This document shows positions 42,722 to 52,777 of a stretch of 64,000 nt of DNA, piece after piece. Position numbers and translations under genes: made by a program. The notes beneath the pieces are model-generated. The model was not told the DNA's origin. It did not search any database and worked only from the letters and a program-made list of their open reading frames with translations. Position 1 is the stretch's first letter. Each line of letters starts with the position of its first letter. Location: positions 64,001 through 128,000 of the forward strand of contig CM000430.1 of assembly GCA_000165345.1 (NCBI GenBank). The letters run 5' to 3'.

Positions 42722-44149
42722 TTAACTAAATTTAATAGTAGAAAACTCTTTCTCAAAGCTATCAAATCTTTTTATAGCTTTTGATCTATTCAAATTTACA
42801 ATATCCATTGGATTATCATTTGAATATTCAACAAATCCACTCAAACCAGTAATATTCTCAAAATCTGTAAACTTTAAAACAGTATCTAAAAATTCACTCT
42901 CTGATTTAAGTAATTCATTTATAAAAGAAGGTATTGAATATCCAACTTTTGAACCTAATTTGCTTATTAATGGTATAATGTTTTCCTCACAACCTATTAA
43001 TTTATTTATAAAATCTTCAGGATCATTGATTATTCTCATCATCTGAAAATGATGTAAAATCTTATCTTTTTTTTCTTTTGATGCTAACTTTATATTAAAT
43101 ACTACACTTTCCTCTAATATATTGACTAAGTCATACCAGAAATCTTGCTCTTCCATCGGATCATTAAAAACCAATACTATTACTGTATTTTCATCAAAAT
43201 TTAATCCATTCTTTCCATCAATATTTTGAATAAATTTCATGATTTCCCTGCTTGGACGACCTACTTCCATATATTCAATATTATTTATCTTTATCATTAT
43301 ATTATATATCTCAATATGTTTCAAATATACTTGATGGGATATTATCATCTTATATTTAACATTTGCAATACTATTATTCTCTTTTTTAAGTCCTGCATTT
43401 ATTCTCATTTTTTCTTCTTCCCTTTTTTCTTTCTCTCTTTTGCTATTATATATATATTTTTTATAACTCACTATTCTTCCTTCCTCATAACAATCAAATA
43501 ACCAATCTAAATTTACTATTGTTTGGATATTATTTTTTTCTTTAACTTTATCAATAATTTCTCCTTCAAATTCTTCATTATTACAAATAAGTGCCAACTT
43601 TGTAACACTTGCTTTTAGTGGAACTTTGACCAAGTCATTATCATCATTACTTTCATTTTCATTTTTATTGTCATCATCAAATATTACTCTTGCTCCCATT
43701 TGCGTTTCTACAAATGAAACTAAAATACCAATATCATCCTTCTTACGTATATATTTTGGGCTCTTTTCTCTATTATTAAATCCTCCTATTGTTTTACTAT
43801 AACCTATAATATAAATCTGAAACCCTTTCAAAATATTATATTTAAAATTGCCATTTGGTCTAAAAAAAGGATGCCATTCTAATGAATAATTCCATTCGTC
43901 ATTCACTGATAACCATATCCAAAATGGAGTTCTTAATTTCTGATAATCTATACTTGTATGCCTATATCTATATCCTTTTGAATAATTACATATTAAATAA
44001 TCAACATCATCATCCATAATCTCACTATTTAATTCCAAAACTGTTCCCCCATTATTCTCAATATATTTTTTCCTTATCAGATTATTTTCATCATTTTCTT
44101 CAAATCCACTCAGTAGAAACCTCTTATTATTCCATATTTCTGAATTCAT
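42722..44149 (-). CDS. Tandem-BRCT-domain protein (475 aa).
   Basis: ATG at 44149. The first BRCT is KRFLLSGFEENDENNLIRKKYIENNGGTVLELNSEIMDDDVDYLICNY...LRTPFWIWLSVNDEW. The second is GFQIYIIGYSKT...ASVTKLALICNNEEFEGEIIDKVKEKNNIQTIVNLDWLFDC. The C-terminal half is helical. Confidence 0.65.
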   Translation of the reverse strand: MNSEIWNNKRFLLSGFEENDENNLIRKKYIENNGGTVLELNSEIMDDDVDYLICNYSKGYRYRHTSIDYQKLRTPFWIWLSVNDEWNYSLEWHPFFRPNGNFKYNILKGFQIYIIGYSKTIGGFNNREKSPKYIRKKDDIGILVSFVETQMGARVIFDDDNKNENESNDDNDLVKVPLKASVTKLALICNNEEFEGEIIDKVKEKNNIQTIVNLDWLFDCYEEGRIVSYKKYIYNSKREKEKREEEKMRINAGLKKENNSIANVKYKMIISHQVYLKHIEIYNIMIKINNIEYMEVGRPSREIMKFIQNIDGKNGLNFDENTVIVLVFNDPMEEQDFWYDLVNILEESVVFNIKLASKEKKDKILHHFQMMRIINDPEDFINKLIGCEENIIPLISKLGSKVGYSIPSFINELLKSESEFLDTVLKFTDFENITGLSGFVEYSNDNPMDIVNLNRSKAIKRFDSFEKEFSTIKFS

Positions 44150-44453
44150 TTTATTATTAATATAAAAATTATTTGTTATTACTCACGCAATAAACAAAAT
44201 AAAAACTTTTTATATCTGAAATATAATCATTTATTATCTGAATATAAATTCGCTAATTTAAATGCATACAATACTGCAAAAAAAATTGAACTCATTTACT
44301 TTCTTATTTATTATTAGAACTTTAAATACAATAAATGTACGTAATTCTTGATTTTTTATTCTCAAACTTATAATATTCTTGGCAGTAAACTAATAGTTAT
44401 TTTTATTATTATATTGTTATTTCCCAATATTACCAATTACATTATTTTTATTT

Positions 44454-44463
44454 GGGCGCCAAT
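44454..44463. promoter_or_regulatory. E2F-like GGGCGCCAAT site between the BRCT gene start and the Hop2 3' end.
   Basis: GC motif in AT-rich DNA, ~300 bp upstream of the BRCT gene ATG. Confidence 0.4.
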
Positions 44464-44515
44464 GATTTGTGTGTGTGGGGCGAGTTATTATTAATAATGG
44501 TTATATAATGATTAC

Positions 44516-45879
44516 TTAAACCATCTCAATTCCTATTTCTTCCATCAAATCTGAAGCCTAAAAATTAATTACATATTTATAATGATTTTATTCAAGTAAA
44601 ATTATTGATCATAATCCACTTGAATTAAAAACAACTTACCTTCCTTTCCATAGATTCTGAAAAAGTGTCCACTGCAGATTTACATGCAGATTTGAGCTTC
44701 TTTAACTTTGCCTGAAATTCAATAAATGATAAATTTTAAAATTAATATTAAAAAAATAACTTACCTGCTTTTTTAACAAGCTATTCTTTAACTCTTTTAA
44801 TTCATTAACTGGAATAATCTCACAATCGTCATCTAACATTTTTTCCTTTCTTGAAATCTCCTCTTTAAGTGATTTATTCTTTAAAATGCAAATAAAAATA
44901 ATTAAAGATAACATTTTAGAAAAGAATTAATGCGTTATAATATTTTATATATCAAATTTTTAAATTTATATTATAAACTTACCTTAAGATTTTCTTGCAT
45001 TATTTTCTCTTCTAATTCGTCAATAGTTAATGGAACACTTATATTTCTTGTTTCTTGTTTAAGTTGTTTAAGCCTCACTTCCAAATCATTCAATTCTGAC
45101 TCGCAAACAGAAATACTTTTATCCAAAGCTTCCATTTCATCCTTGTTTAATTCTTTACAGTCACTTTGGTCTACTAAATATACTTTTTGTTTTCCATACT
45201 CCTTGCATATAAACTTCCCCTCGACAGCAAGACGTTCCATTTCATCAGTTACTTGCTTCTTTGAGTATACATTATGCAAATTATCAACCACATTTTGTAC
45301 TGAATATGGACGATTCTGCTCTTTCATATAGTTAAATATTGCCTCTCCTGCATCTCCTGCTGCTGATCCTCCCCCTGAATTTGCAACATTCCTCTTTGTC
45401 AAATTCTTTGGAGCAGACAGTTTCTTTTTCTTTGCCGGCTTTGTACTTTTATCTTCATCATCAGATTCTAATTCATCTTCCACTGAACTTTCTTTAGATG
45501 ATTGTTTTTTTGGTTTTGCAGGTTTTGAGTTAATAGACTCCCCCCCTTTTTTCTTTGTTGTACTTTTTTTGCCTTTTTTACCCTTTTCAAATTCTTCTTC
45601 TTCTAAATCCAAGTCATTTTCATCATCTTCATCATCACTATCTTCGTCTCCTTCATCTATAAAATCCATTTCCTCATCAAAATCACTCTCAAAATCATCC
45701 AATTCATCATCTTCATCATCAAAATCTGTGTATTTTACAACTTTTCTAGAATTTCTTGATGGTCTAACTTGAGATTTACTTTCCATATTATCATCTTCCA
45801 TTTTACTCTGTTGTGTTTCATCCAATCCTGTTCCTTCTTCTTCCATATTATTACCTTCTTCTTTGCTTCTTTTTACCAT
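44516..45879 (-). CDS. HOP2: Hop2/TBPIP meiotic homologous-pairing protein with a long acidic/lysine-rich N-terminal extension. Four exons: join(~44516..44557, ~44641..44710, ~44764..44877, ~44983..45879).
   Basis: ATG at 45879. Winged helix ..EAIFNYMKEQNRPYSVQNVVDNLHNVYSKKQVTDEMERLAVEGKFICKEYGKQKVYLVDQSD aligns with human HOP2 (YLQEQNRPYSAQDV...EGKIKEKTYGKQKIYFADQ). The track ORF reads through a GTAAGT donor after ..QENLK. Downstream exons NKSLKEEISRKEKMLDDDCEIIPVNELKELKNSLLKKQ | AKLKKLKSACKSAVDTFSESMERK | ASDLMEEIGIEMV* are each flanked by GTAAGT...(T)nAG introns of ~55-95 nt. The C-terminal EEIGIE matches the HOP2 tail FFEEVGIETDED. Confidence 0.65.
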
Positions 45880-46039
45880 TTTTTCTTGAATTTTTTTATT
45901 TTAATAAACAACTTATTATCTTAATTTAAATTTACTTTTAAATTTATAAATTCATTCATTCACCCTCATTTTAAATTTTTTTTATAATTTATTCCAACTT
46001 TATTTCATATTATTTATTAACTAATCTGCACTGATGCCT

Positions 46040-46100
46040 CTTACGTGTTAATTTTTGCCCCTCTTGCAATTCCACATGCAAATTTGCATGCAGGTAAAAT
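46040..46100. promoter_or_regulatory. TTACGTGTTAATTTTTG plus CATGCAAATTTGCATGCAGGTAAAAT module ~160-220 bp upstream of Hop2.
   Basis: The same 16-mer TGCATGCAGGTAAAAT occurs at 21417..21432. The ACGTGT half matches the 38622 palindrome arm. Confidence 0.5.
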
Positions 46101-46328
46101 AAAATCATATACCGGTAATTTTGCGGATATATGGATAAATAAATTTAAAAATATTTTGGTAAAATTAAATGAATTATTAAACTGAAAAAACCTTATTAAA
46201 AATTTATAATAAAAGCTAAACTAGAAGAAATAATCAAATCTAAATATATTAAACAAATAGAATGCTTTTTATATAGATTAGTTTCACTCTTTAAGAAACT
46301 GTCTATAAAGAAATTCAATTGTTCATAC

Positions 46329-47255
46329 TTAAGATTTAACTTTGTTTTTACCAGAAACATTTAATCCAATAATAGTCTTGAAAGAATCATAAACCCACCA
46401 TTGCATCCCTGTTAATGTACCAATCATAATAATTCTTGTGCCCAAACCTGCTGTACACAAGTTCTTTATACCGATTTCTCTAGTCATAGATAATACGTTA
46501 ATTCTTTTGGAGCTATTATATGCAGCTTTTCCAAGCTGAGAAATTATAGTATCAGCTGGGTGTGATACAATAGCGCATATAATTCCAGATAAATAGCCTG
46601 ATAAAAATGTTATACCAAGCCTTGATTTCTTACTATATGATTCTTTAGGTTTAGTAAAGACTTTATCATAAAACATTTGATTAATTCTCTCAAAAAAATA
46701 GAATTTTGCCATTGTATAAGGAATTTGACGATACCATAAAGGCTTAATACTTCCAAAAGGAAATTTTGTTTCTGATCTATATTTATACATATTACTAGCT
46801 GATTTTAGAAAAGAGTTTGGTAATAAATCTGGCCTTGTACAAGTTTGCATTTTTATTTTTATCATTTCCATTGGACATAATGCTATGTCTGCAAAAAATT
46901 CTGCTGTTGCTGATGCTCCAAGCCAAATCAATCCTTTATGAGATTCTTTATTTGTTGTTAGAATCTTGCTAGAATATAAATCTTTAAAGTATTCATACAA
47001 GCCATATTTTAACGCACCTTGTGCTGAATAACCAATTAAAGTTGGTGCCCATCCTAATCTCAGTGCCTTTACTCCTTCAAATCTTATTATTTTAGATAAA
47101 GTTGGAACTAAGCTCCTAAATTTATCTGGGTAAACTTGTATTCTGCATTTAGCTACATCTATTGGAACAATTGCGGTGTGGGTTAGACCACAACTTAATG
47201 CTCCACCTAATGCACAGTTTAAGTAATAGTTTACATTTCTTTTCTTTTCTTTCAT
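46329..47255 (-). CDS. PIC: Mitochondrial phosphate carrier protein (SLC25A3/PiC family).
   Basis: The first ATG is probably codon 4 of the track ORF, because the track's 47264 reads GTG. [32 protein letters not shown]...[20 protein letters not shown]...[21 protein letters not shown]...[15 protein letters not shown]...[10 protein letters not shown] align closely with the human SLC25A3 blocks [31 protein letters not shown] / [21 protein letters not shown] / RQIPYTMMKF. Confidence 0.9.
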   Translation of the reverse strand: [308 protein letters not shown]

Positions 47256-47439
47256 AAGTAACACTGAATTTTGAAATTTACTCCTCTTTAATAATTTTGT
47301 TTTTTCATTTCAATATATATTATTACTTATTTTACTAATAGGCAATATTCTTTCAAAATTTTACTTTTAATATAATACTACACCTTTTCTTCTTCTAATA
47401 TTAATTATATTAAGATTATATATGTATATATTTATTTAA

Positions 47440-47510
47440 ATATACACATATATCATATCATATCATATATATATATATATATATATATGATATGATATAT
47501 ATATAAATAG
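47440..47510. repeat. Palindromic (CATAT)n-(AT)n-(ATATG)n microsatellite in the PiC/PSMB3 intergenic region.
   Basis: catatcatatcatatatatatatatatatatatatgatatgatat is a self-complementary inverted repeat. Confidence 0.75.
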
Positions 47511-47737
47511 ATATAATATAAACCTCTGCAGCTATATATGCATGTATTCTTTTAAACCTCTATAATAGTAATTTTTGAATCTAATTATATCGCAAATATT
47601 AAAGCCAACCTGTTTTGCAATCCAATCAATTATTTTTTTTTTTACTACATCACGAAAACATTTTTTACTTTTTCCTTAGTATTTATTATATAATCAATTT
47701 TTCATTTTTATAGTTTTTTTTTCTAGTAATACAATGA

Positions 47738-47830
47738 GGCGCCAACTTCCGATACCCTACCATTTTGCCGCTCATGTGTGGCGGCATGGCTAATGCTGAT
47801 TTTGGGGGGTATGGGGGGCTTACCTTGAGA
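47738..47830. promoter_or_regulatory. GC island in the region between the diverging PiC and PSMB3 genes. It contains GGCGCCAAC (E2F-like), an inverted repeat GCCGCTCATGTGTGGCGGC, and G runs GGGGGGTATGGGGGGC.
   Basis: Seen in the sequence. It sits ~480 bp from the PiC start and ~470-560 bp from the PSMB3 start. Confidence 0.45.
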
Positions 47831-48035
47831 AATAGCTGAATTTTTTTTGTGTTAATATATAATTTTTAAAAAGAAATTCTGGAAAACATAAAAAAGAGGG
47901 AAAGTTGGATTAAAAAAATTGTTTACAATCTTTAATACGATTGAATTTGCAATAGTATAGCACAGTAAATATTAAATTGGATTGTATTAAAGAATTTTAG
48001 GATATTTATATATTAATATATAAATACAGATTCTC

Positions 48036-48067
<32 letters not shown>

Positions 48068-48298
48068 TTAAAATCTTTAATAAAGTAAAAGAACAAGGCA
48101 ATTAGATTTATTTTGAAATATATCAAGTGTGTATACAAGTTTGAATATATTATTCAGCTAATACTTTTCTCAATATATACAAATTAAATCTCAGTAAGAC
48201 AATAAACAATAACACTACATTGTATAGATCCTGTGGATTTAGTACTGCTTACGATAAAACTAAGTTTTTTCAGTGAGAAATATACTAGATAATCAAAA

Positions 48299-48981
48299 AT
48301 GGTAAGTTATCTACAGATCAAAATTTTCTAAAAAAATGATTAACGCTTTTCCATTAAAATATTTAGTCTATTATGACTTATAATGGTGGTGCCATTTTGG
48401 CAATGAAGGGAAAAGAGTGTGTTGCATTTGCAACAGATATGAGACTTGGATCTAATGGATACAGAACTATAAGTACTGATTTTGATAAAGTTATTAGACC
48501 AAGCTCAAAAACATTGATGGGATTTTCAGGTTTAGCTACTGATATTCACACTCTAACAAACTTAATCAAATTTAAAACAAACTTGTATCATTTAAGGGAA
48601 GAAAGAGAAATTGGTGTTAAAGCACTTAGCCATATGACAGCTTCAATATTATATAGTAAACGTTTCAGTCCATATTTTGTGGAACCAATTGTAGCAGGTC
48701 TTGATAATAATAATGTGCCTTTTATTGCTGGGTATGATCTTATTGGATGCTTATCAGTATGTAGCGAATTTGCAATTTCCGGAACCGCTGATAATCAACT
48801 TTTTGGTATCTGTGAATCATACTATAGACCTGATTTAGAACCTGATGAACTTATGGAAATCGTCTCACAATGTATGCTTTCCGGTATAGATAGAGATGCA
48901 TTTTCTGGATGGGGTTGCAAAGTTTATCTACTTACTCCTGAAAAGCTCGTCACCAAAACTTTAAAATCAAGAATGGATTAA
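48299..48981 (+). CDS. PSMB3: Proteasome subunit beta type-3 (PSMB3), two exons: join(48299..48301, 48367..48981). Exon 1 is the ATG alone. Intron 48302..48366 (65 nt, GTAAGT...ATTTAG).
   Basis: The track ORF starts at the internal Met (MTYNGGAILAMKGKECVAFATD..). Upstream, aaaaATG|GTAAGTTATC...AATATTTAG|TCTATTATGACT restores the conserved N-terminus MSIMTYNGGA (human PSMB3 starts MSIMSYNGGA). Full-length alignment continues to ..KLVTKTLKSRMD (human ..KITTRTLKARMD). Confidence 0.9.
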
Positions 48982-49484
48982 TTTCCTATTTCTTGATCCA
49001 CTTAATTGCTACTTTAATAATCAATTTTGTATTGATAATTAAATCCTTTTAATGGTTTTTACTTATCTACTTTAGTCTTCATTATTATTATTATTATCAT
49101 TTTTATTTTTATTACAACACTTCCATAGTAAGAAATTGAAGTAAACCAAGGTTAAATCTAGAGGATTAAGTCTAATCAACCATAATTGTTGAAATAAATT
49201 GAGAAATTTCTAGTAGAAGATAATAGGTTAAACAAAATGGGTATTTTGGTGTTACATCAAAAGCCCGCCATCACTTAAGTAAATCAGTTTCTATGCTATT
49301 GATATATTAATTTGTTTTACCTATAAAACTTGCCAATCTGTGCAAAAAAGTTTAAATATTAGCATTTATTTAAAGTAAATCTTTCCCATTACACTGTTTT
49401 ATCCTAGAACTACACTCTTTAATATCATTAGTCTAAAAACTTTAAAGAAAAAAATTTATAAACTAATATATTGTTGATTTGTTC

Positions 49485-49534
49485 ATGCATGCAAACTAAT
49501 GAAATTAGAACGATGACGTAATGGGCGCCAAAAT
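49485..49534. promoter_or_regulatory. Motif cluster CATGCATGCA plus TGACGTAA (CRE-like) plus GGGCGCCAAAA (E2F-like) in a 3'-3' intergenic region.
   Basis: The location between the PSMB3 stop and the 3' end of the 7TM gene is unexpected for promoter elements. This suggests an unannotated transcript. Confidence 0.35.
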
Positions 49535-49981
49535 TCCAATTCGAGATTTTAAAATCTACATTAGATGTAATATTTATAGAATTTTTTTTTCTATAGTTGT
49601 TTTATATTTCATGATACACATACATACACACTGTAATTTTTTCTTTTTGAATTTTTCTCCAACTTATGGTATATTATTGATTAGACCTCACCCGGTCTCA
49701 CTCAATGTTCGAATAATCTCGGGAATAAATTAAATTTTCATTCCGGACTAAATTGAATTAAAATATAGAAATATGTTAGATTTACTAAAAGATATATCTA
49801 AAAAGATTAGATAGATTTAAAAAAAAAGATAAGGTGAGATTAATTTGTGATTCTTTTTTTTAAAATAATATTTATTGAAAACTAATTATTCTTGTAAATA
49901 TTTTTCATTACAACTTATAATGATCAAATAATATATTGCGCAAACAGTTCCCGCATTTTAGTCAAATGTGATATTTGGAAC

Positions 49982-51700
49982 TTAGGTAGCAAGCATTGCT
50001 TTATTTTCGGGAATATTTTCAGAATCTTTGGTTGGTATTGTGAGATTATAAATCTGATAAATTTCTCTGGAATCAATAATTGCCACAGCAGCAAGAGTAC
50101 AGATTGTAGCTACCCCACAAGTAAGCATTAATTTCCAGTAAAGTTTATAAACAATAGAATTATATTCTCTATTTTCATACTTTGCGAGCCTGATAATAGA
50201 ATCAATAACTATAATCAAGAATGATTGAATAACAAGAATCCCAAATTTCCACCCTCCTTGATAAGGTTGAAGAGCTTCTTTACTAGGCCAATAAATAAGC
50301 ATAATTCCATAAATTGAAATAGTTAAAGAAATTATTAGAATTATATTATAAAGAAAGGCCTTAGATGGATGAATAACATTTAGTACCGAAACAAAAATAT
50401 TGATTGGAAGAAGTTGTATCATTAATATATAGCTTACAATGACAATTTTTGGTTGAAAATAAGTTTCTGTACTGGTTGGAATCATAAATGGAGGAACCTT
50501 CCAAACCTGATAAGGGCCTGTTCTCCTTATAGCTGTAACAATTTGTTCTGATCCTCCAAAGTATTCAACAAAAAGATCCCAAAGCCATATATAGCATATA
50601 CTTTGATAAGTAGATTGTATTACATTAAACATTCCATATCCAATTGGAGCAATACACGAGAGGAATTGCATAAGTACAGTAATTGGGAAACTCAAAAATA
50701 TATATAAATATAGACTCACAATTTTTACAGGAAAGACAGTATTTGTAATATTTCTGACCTGTTCTCCACCTTTTCTAAGCTTGCGATATTTTCGAATAGA
50801 AAATCCAATAACCATAATTAAGCTAATAGTAATAAAAATCAGTGCAACTTTAACTTCTTGAAGTCCGTCTTTATTAAATGCTGTTTTAATATCCGGAAAT
50901 TTAGAGTCCAACTCTGATTCTATTAGAGAAAACTTTGTATTTTCTACTGATCTTCTTGAATCTAAGTTAGATCCTATTCCATTTAATTCCACTTGGCTTG
51001 ATACTTGTCCAACTTTACCAACCTGAATTTTTTGTGGAGATATCTTTTGACTATTAGATTTTTGTGAATCCATTTGGGTTTGGGATGGTTTTGAAGAAGG
51101 TGTTGATGAAGATGGCTGAGATGAAGAATTCCGAGGTGGAGGAGCTGGTTGGGATGGAGACTGCTGTGGAGGAGACTGTTTTGGGGGAGACTGCTGCGAA
51201 GAGGACTGCTGCGAAGAGGACTGCTGCGAAGAGGATTGCTGAGGTGGAGGAGCTGGTTGGGATGAAGACTGCTTAGGTGGGGACTGCTGAGAAGAAGGCA
51301 TTGATGGAGCACTGGATGTCTGGCTCTGAGTGTTCCCTCCTTCTTTCGGCACTGAAGGAACTTGTATAACTTCTTTCGAATTTGGAGTTCCAGATCGTTC
51401 GTTTACACTAACTGAAACTATTGGAATATTAATTGGTGCGCTATCCTTGGATAAACCTGGCCCTAGTGTAGGAACTGGAGCAGGAGTAGGTTTAGGTGCA
51501 GGAGTAGGTGCAGGAGCAGGAATGGGTGCAGGAGCAGGAGTAGGCGCAGGCGTAGGAGCAGGAGTAGGCGCAGGAGTAGGCGCAGGAGTAGGCGCAGGAG
51601 TAGGCGCAGGAGCAGGAGCAGGAGCAGCCTGATTTGCGCTCGTGTTTGGAGCGGTGAGAGTTTGAGATGCGTCACTCTTATTGGGAGCCTCTCTAACCAT
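49982..51700 (-). CDS. Seven-transmembrane membrane protein with a long N-terminal Pro/Ala/Thr (PAPT) mucin-like repeat and a Ser/Gln-rich region. No N-terminal signal peptide is seen.
   Basis: ATG at 51700. N-terminus MVREAPNKSD... Then (PAPT)n. Then QQSSSQQSSS repeats. Then seven hydrophobic helices (VKVALIFITISLIMVIGFSI ... LMLTCGVATICTLAAVAII). Confidence 0.55.
   Translation of the reverse strand: MVREAPNKSDASQTLTAPNTSANQAAPAPAPAPTPAPTPAPTPAPTPAPTPAPTPAPAPIPAPAPTPAPKPTPAPVPTLGPGLSKDSAPINIPIVSVSVNERSGTPNSKEVIQVPSVPKEGGNTQSQTSSAPSMPSSQQSPPKQSSSQPAPPPQQSSSQQSSSQQSSSQQSPPKQSPPQQSPSQPAPPPRNSSSQPSSSTPSSKPSQTQMDSQKSNSQKISPQKIQVGKVGQVSSQVELNGIGSNLDSRRSVENTKFSLIESELDSKFPDIKTAFNKDGLQEVKVALIFITISLIMVIGFSIRKYRKLRKGGEQVRNITNTVFPVKIVSLYLYIFLSFPITVLMQFLSCIAPIGYGMFNVIQSTYQSICYIWLWDLFVEYFGGSEQIVTAIRRTGPYQVWKVPPFMIPTSTETYFQPKIVIVSYILMIQLLPINIFVSVLNVIHPSKAFLYNIILIISLTISIYGIMLIYWPSKEALQPYQGGWKFGILVIQSFLIIVIDSIIRLAKYENREYNSIVYKLYWKLMLTCGVATICTLAAVAIIDSREIYQIYNLTIPTKDSENIPENKAMLAT
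51470..51630. repeat. Coding 12-nt minisatellite (GCAGGAGTAGGC)n encoding (PAPT)n. A second 18-nt repeat (CTGCTGCGAAGAGGACTG)n at ~51150-51260 encodes QQSSSQ repeats.
   Basis: Tandem near-perfect units are visible in the sequence. Confidence 0.7.
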
Positions 51701-52777
51701 TTAAGTTTGAGTTTGCTAAAATTTTACTGATAGAAAACCGGCACCACTGAGAATCAACTTCTTAAATTGAGGTTAATAAGCTTGTAGAGATTTTTGTCCT
51801 TCATATACCAACTTGATGATTCCACAATTTATACCAAGTTTATTGTTTGATTTTGTAACTTGTTTAAATTAATAGTTAAAAGGTTTTGTTACAAAAAATT
51901 AAGATATACACGTAATGCAAACTAATGATTTAATTACATGTAATTAAAGTGTCATAAATTAACCAAAAAATACACCTAAAATCACCAATTGACGTTGATC
52001 TCAATTTTAACCCAATAACAAGGTAATATTTATGTAATGAAATATTTTATAAACTCTTCTTAAATTGCTTTTTTTAGAATTTCATACATATAGAGGTGAC
52101 AATAACTATAATTTAAGTGTAATTATTTTTCTGCACCCTAATTTAATATAAATTGTGTGTACCCTATAATATAACTAAGATAAATTATCAATTATTAATT
52201 TACCAGAATGAAATAAAAACACATTATCCATATTTAATTTCTAATCAAAACAATTTGAGCCATAAAGACTCAATTGAAAGGAAAAACTAAATTTATAATT
52301 TTTTTTTTTAAATCAATATTCCTGTTTTCAAAGCTGTTGGAATTACTAGTTACTTCTATTTTTATATTAGTTACACACAAATTACCGCCAAATAAATTCC
52401 CAATTATATAGATATTTGTTTTGCCGCCAAATGGAACATTATGTTACCCACATTAAAAAAAAAAAGTAAAATCAAATATATTGTTACATGTACTAACTGA
52501 GAAATAATTTTTTTCTAATATATATATATATATTGTATATATATATGTATATATAAAGAAAGTGAATAATAAGCTATTGACGAAGTCTAACATAAAATTA
52601 ATTGTTTGAATTTACTTTATATTTAAAAACTCTTGAAACAAGATTGAGAATTTAAACAATACATCTCTTCTTGGATTTTAATAACTGAATTATTGTATTT
52701 TAGGTATAAAAGGTACCTTAAAACTATCGAATTTAAGGCATTAATTGATAGAGTTTTTTTCTTTGAGAAATAAAAAA

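Noticed and set aside
43226-43501. ORF 43226..43501 + antisense to the BRCT gene
   Set aside because: Antisense chance ORF.
44702-45331. ORF 44702..44914 - as a separate gene, and ORF 44930..45331 +
   Set aside because: The first is Hop2 exon 2 plus intronic read-through. The second is antisense to Hop2 exon 1.
45569-45772. ORF 45569..45772 + poly-Ser
   Set aside because: Antisense to the acidic repeat region of Hop2.
49521-49733. ORF 49521..49733 + taken as a protein gene, and a tRNA-like GTTCGAATAATC segment at ~49705
   Set aside because: The ORF has a hydrophobic junk-like translation. The T-arm-like match is imperfect and no cloverleaf can be drawn. The region is kept only as a possible ncRNA in the findings.
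50983-51675. ORFs 50983..51312-, 51064..51276+, 51330..51632+ and 51463..51675- within the 7TM gene
   Set aside because: They are alternative frames of the PAPT/SSQ minisatellites. The frame that continues into the seven TM helices is the real one.
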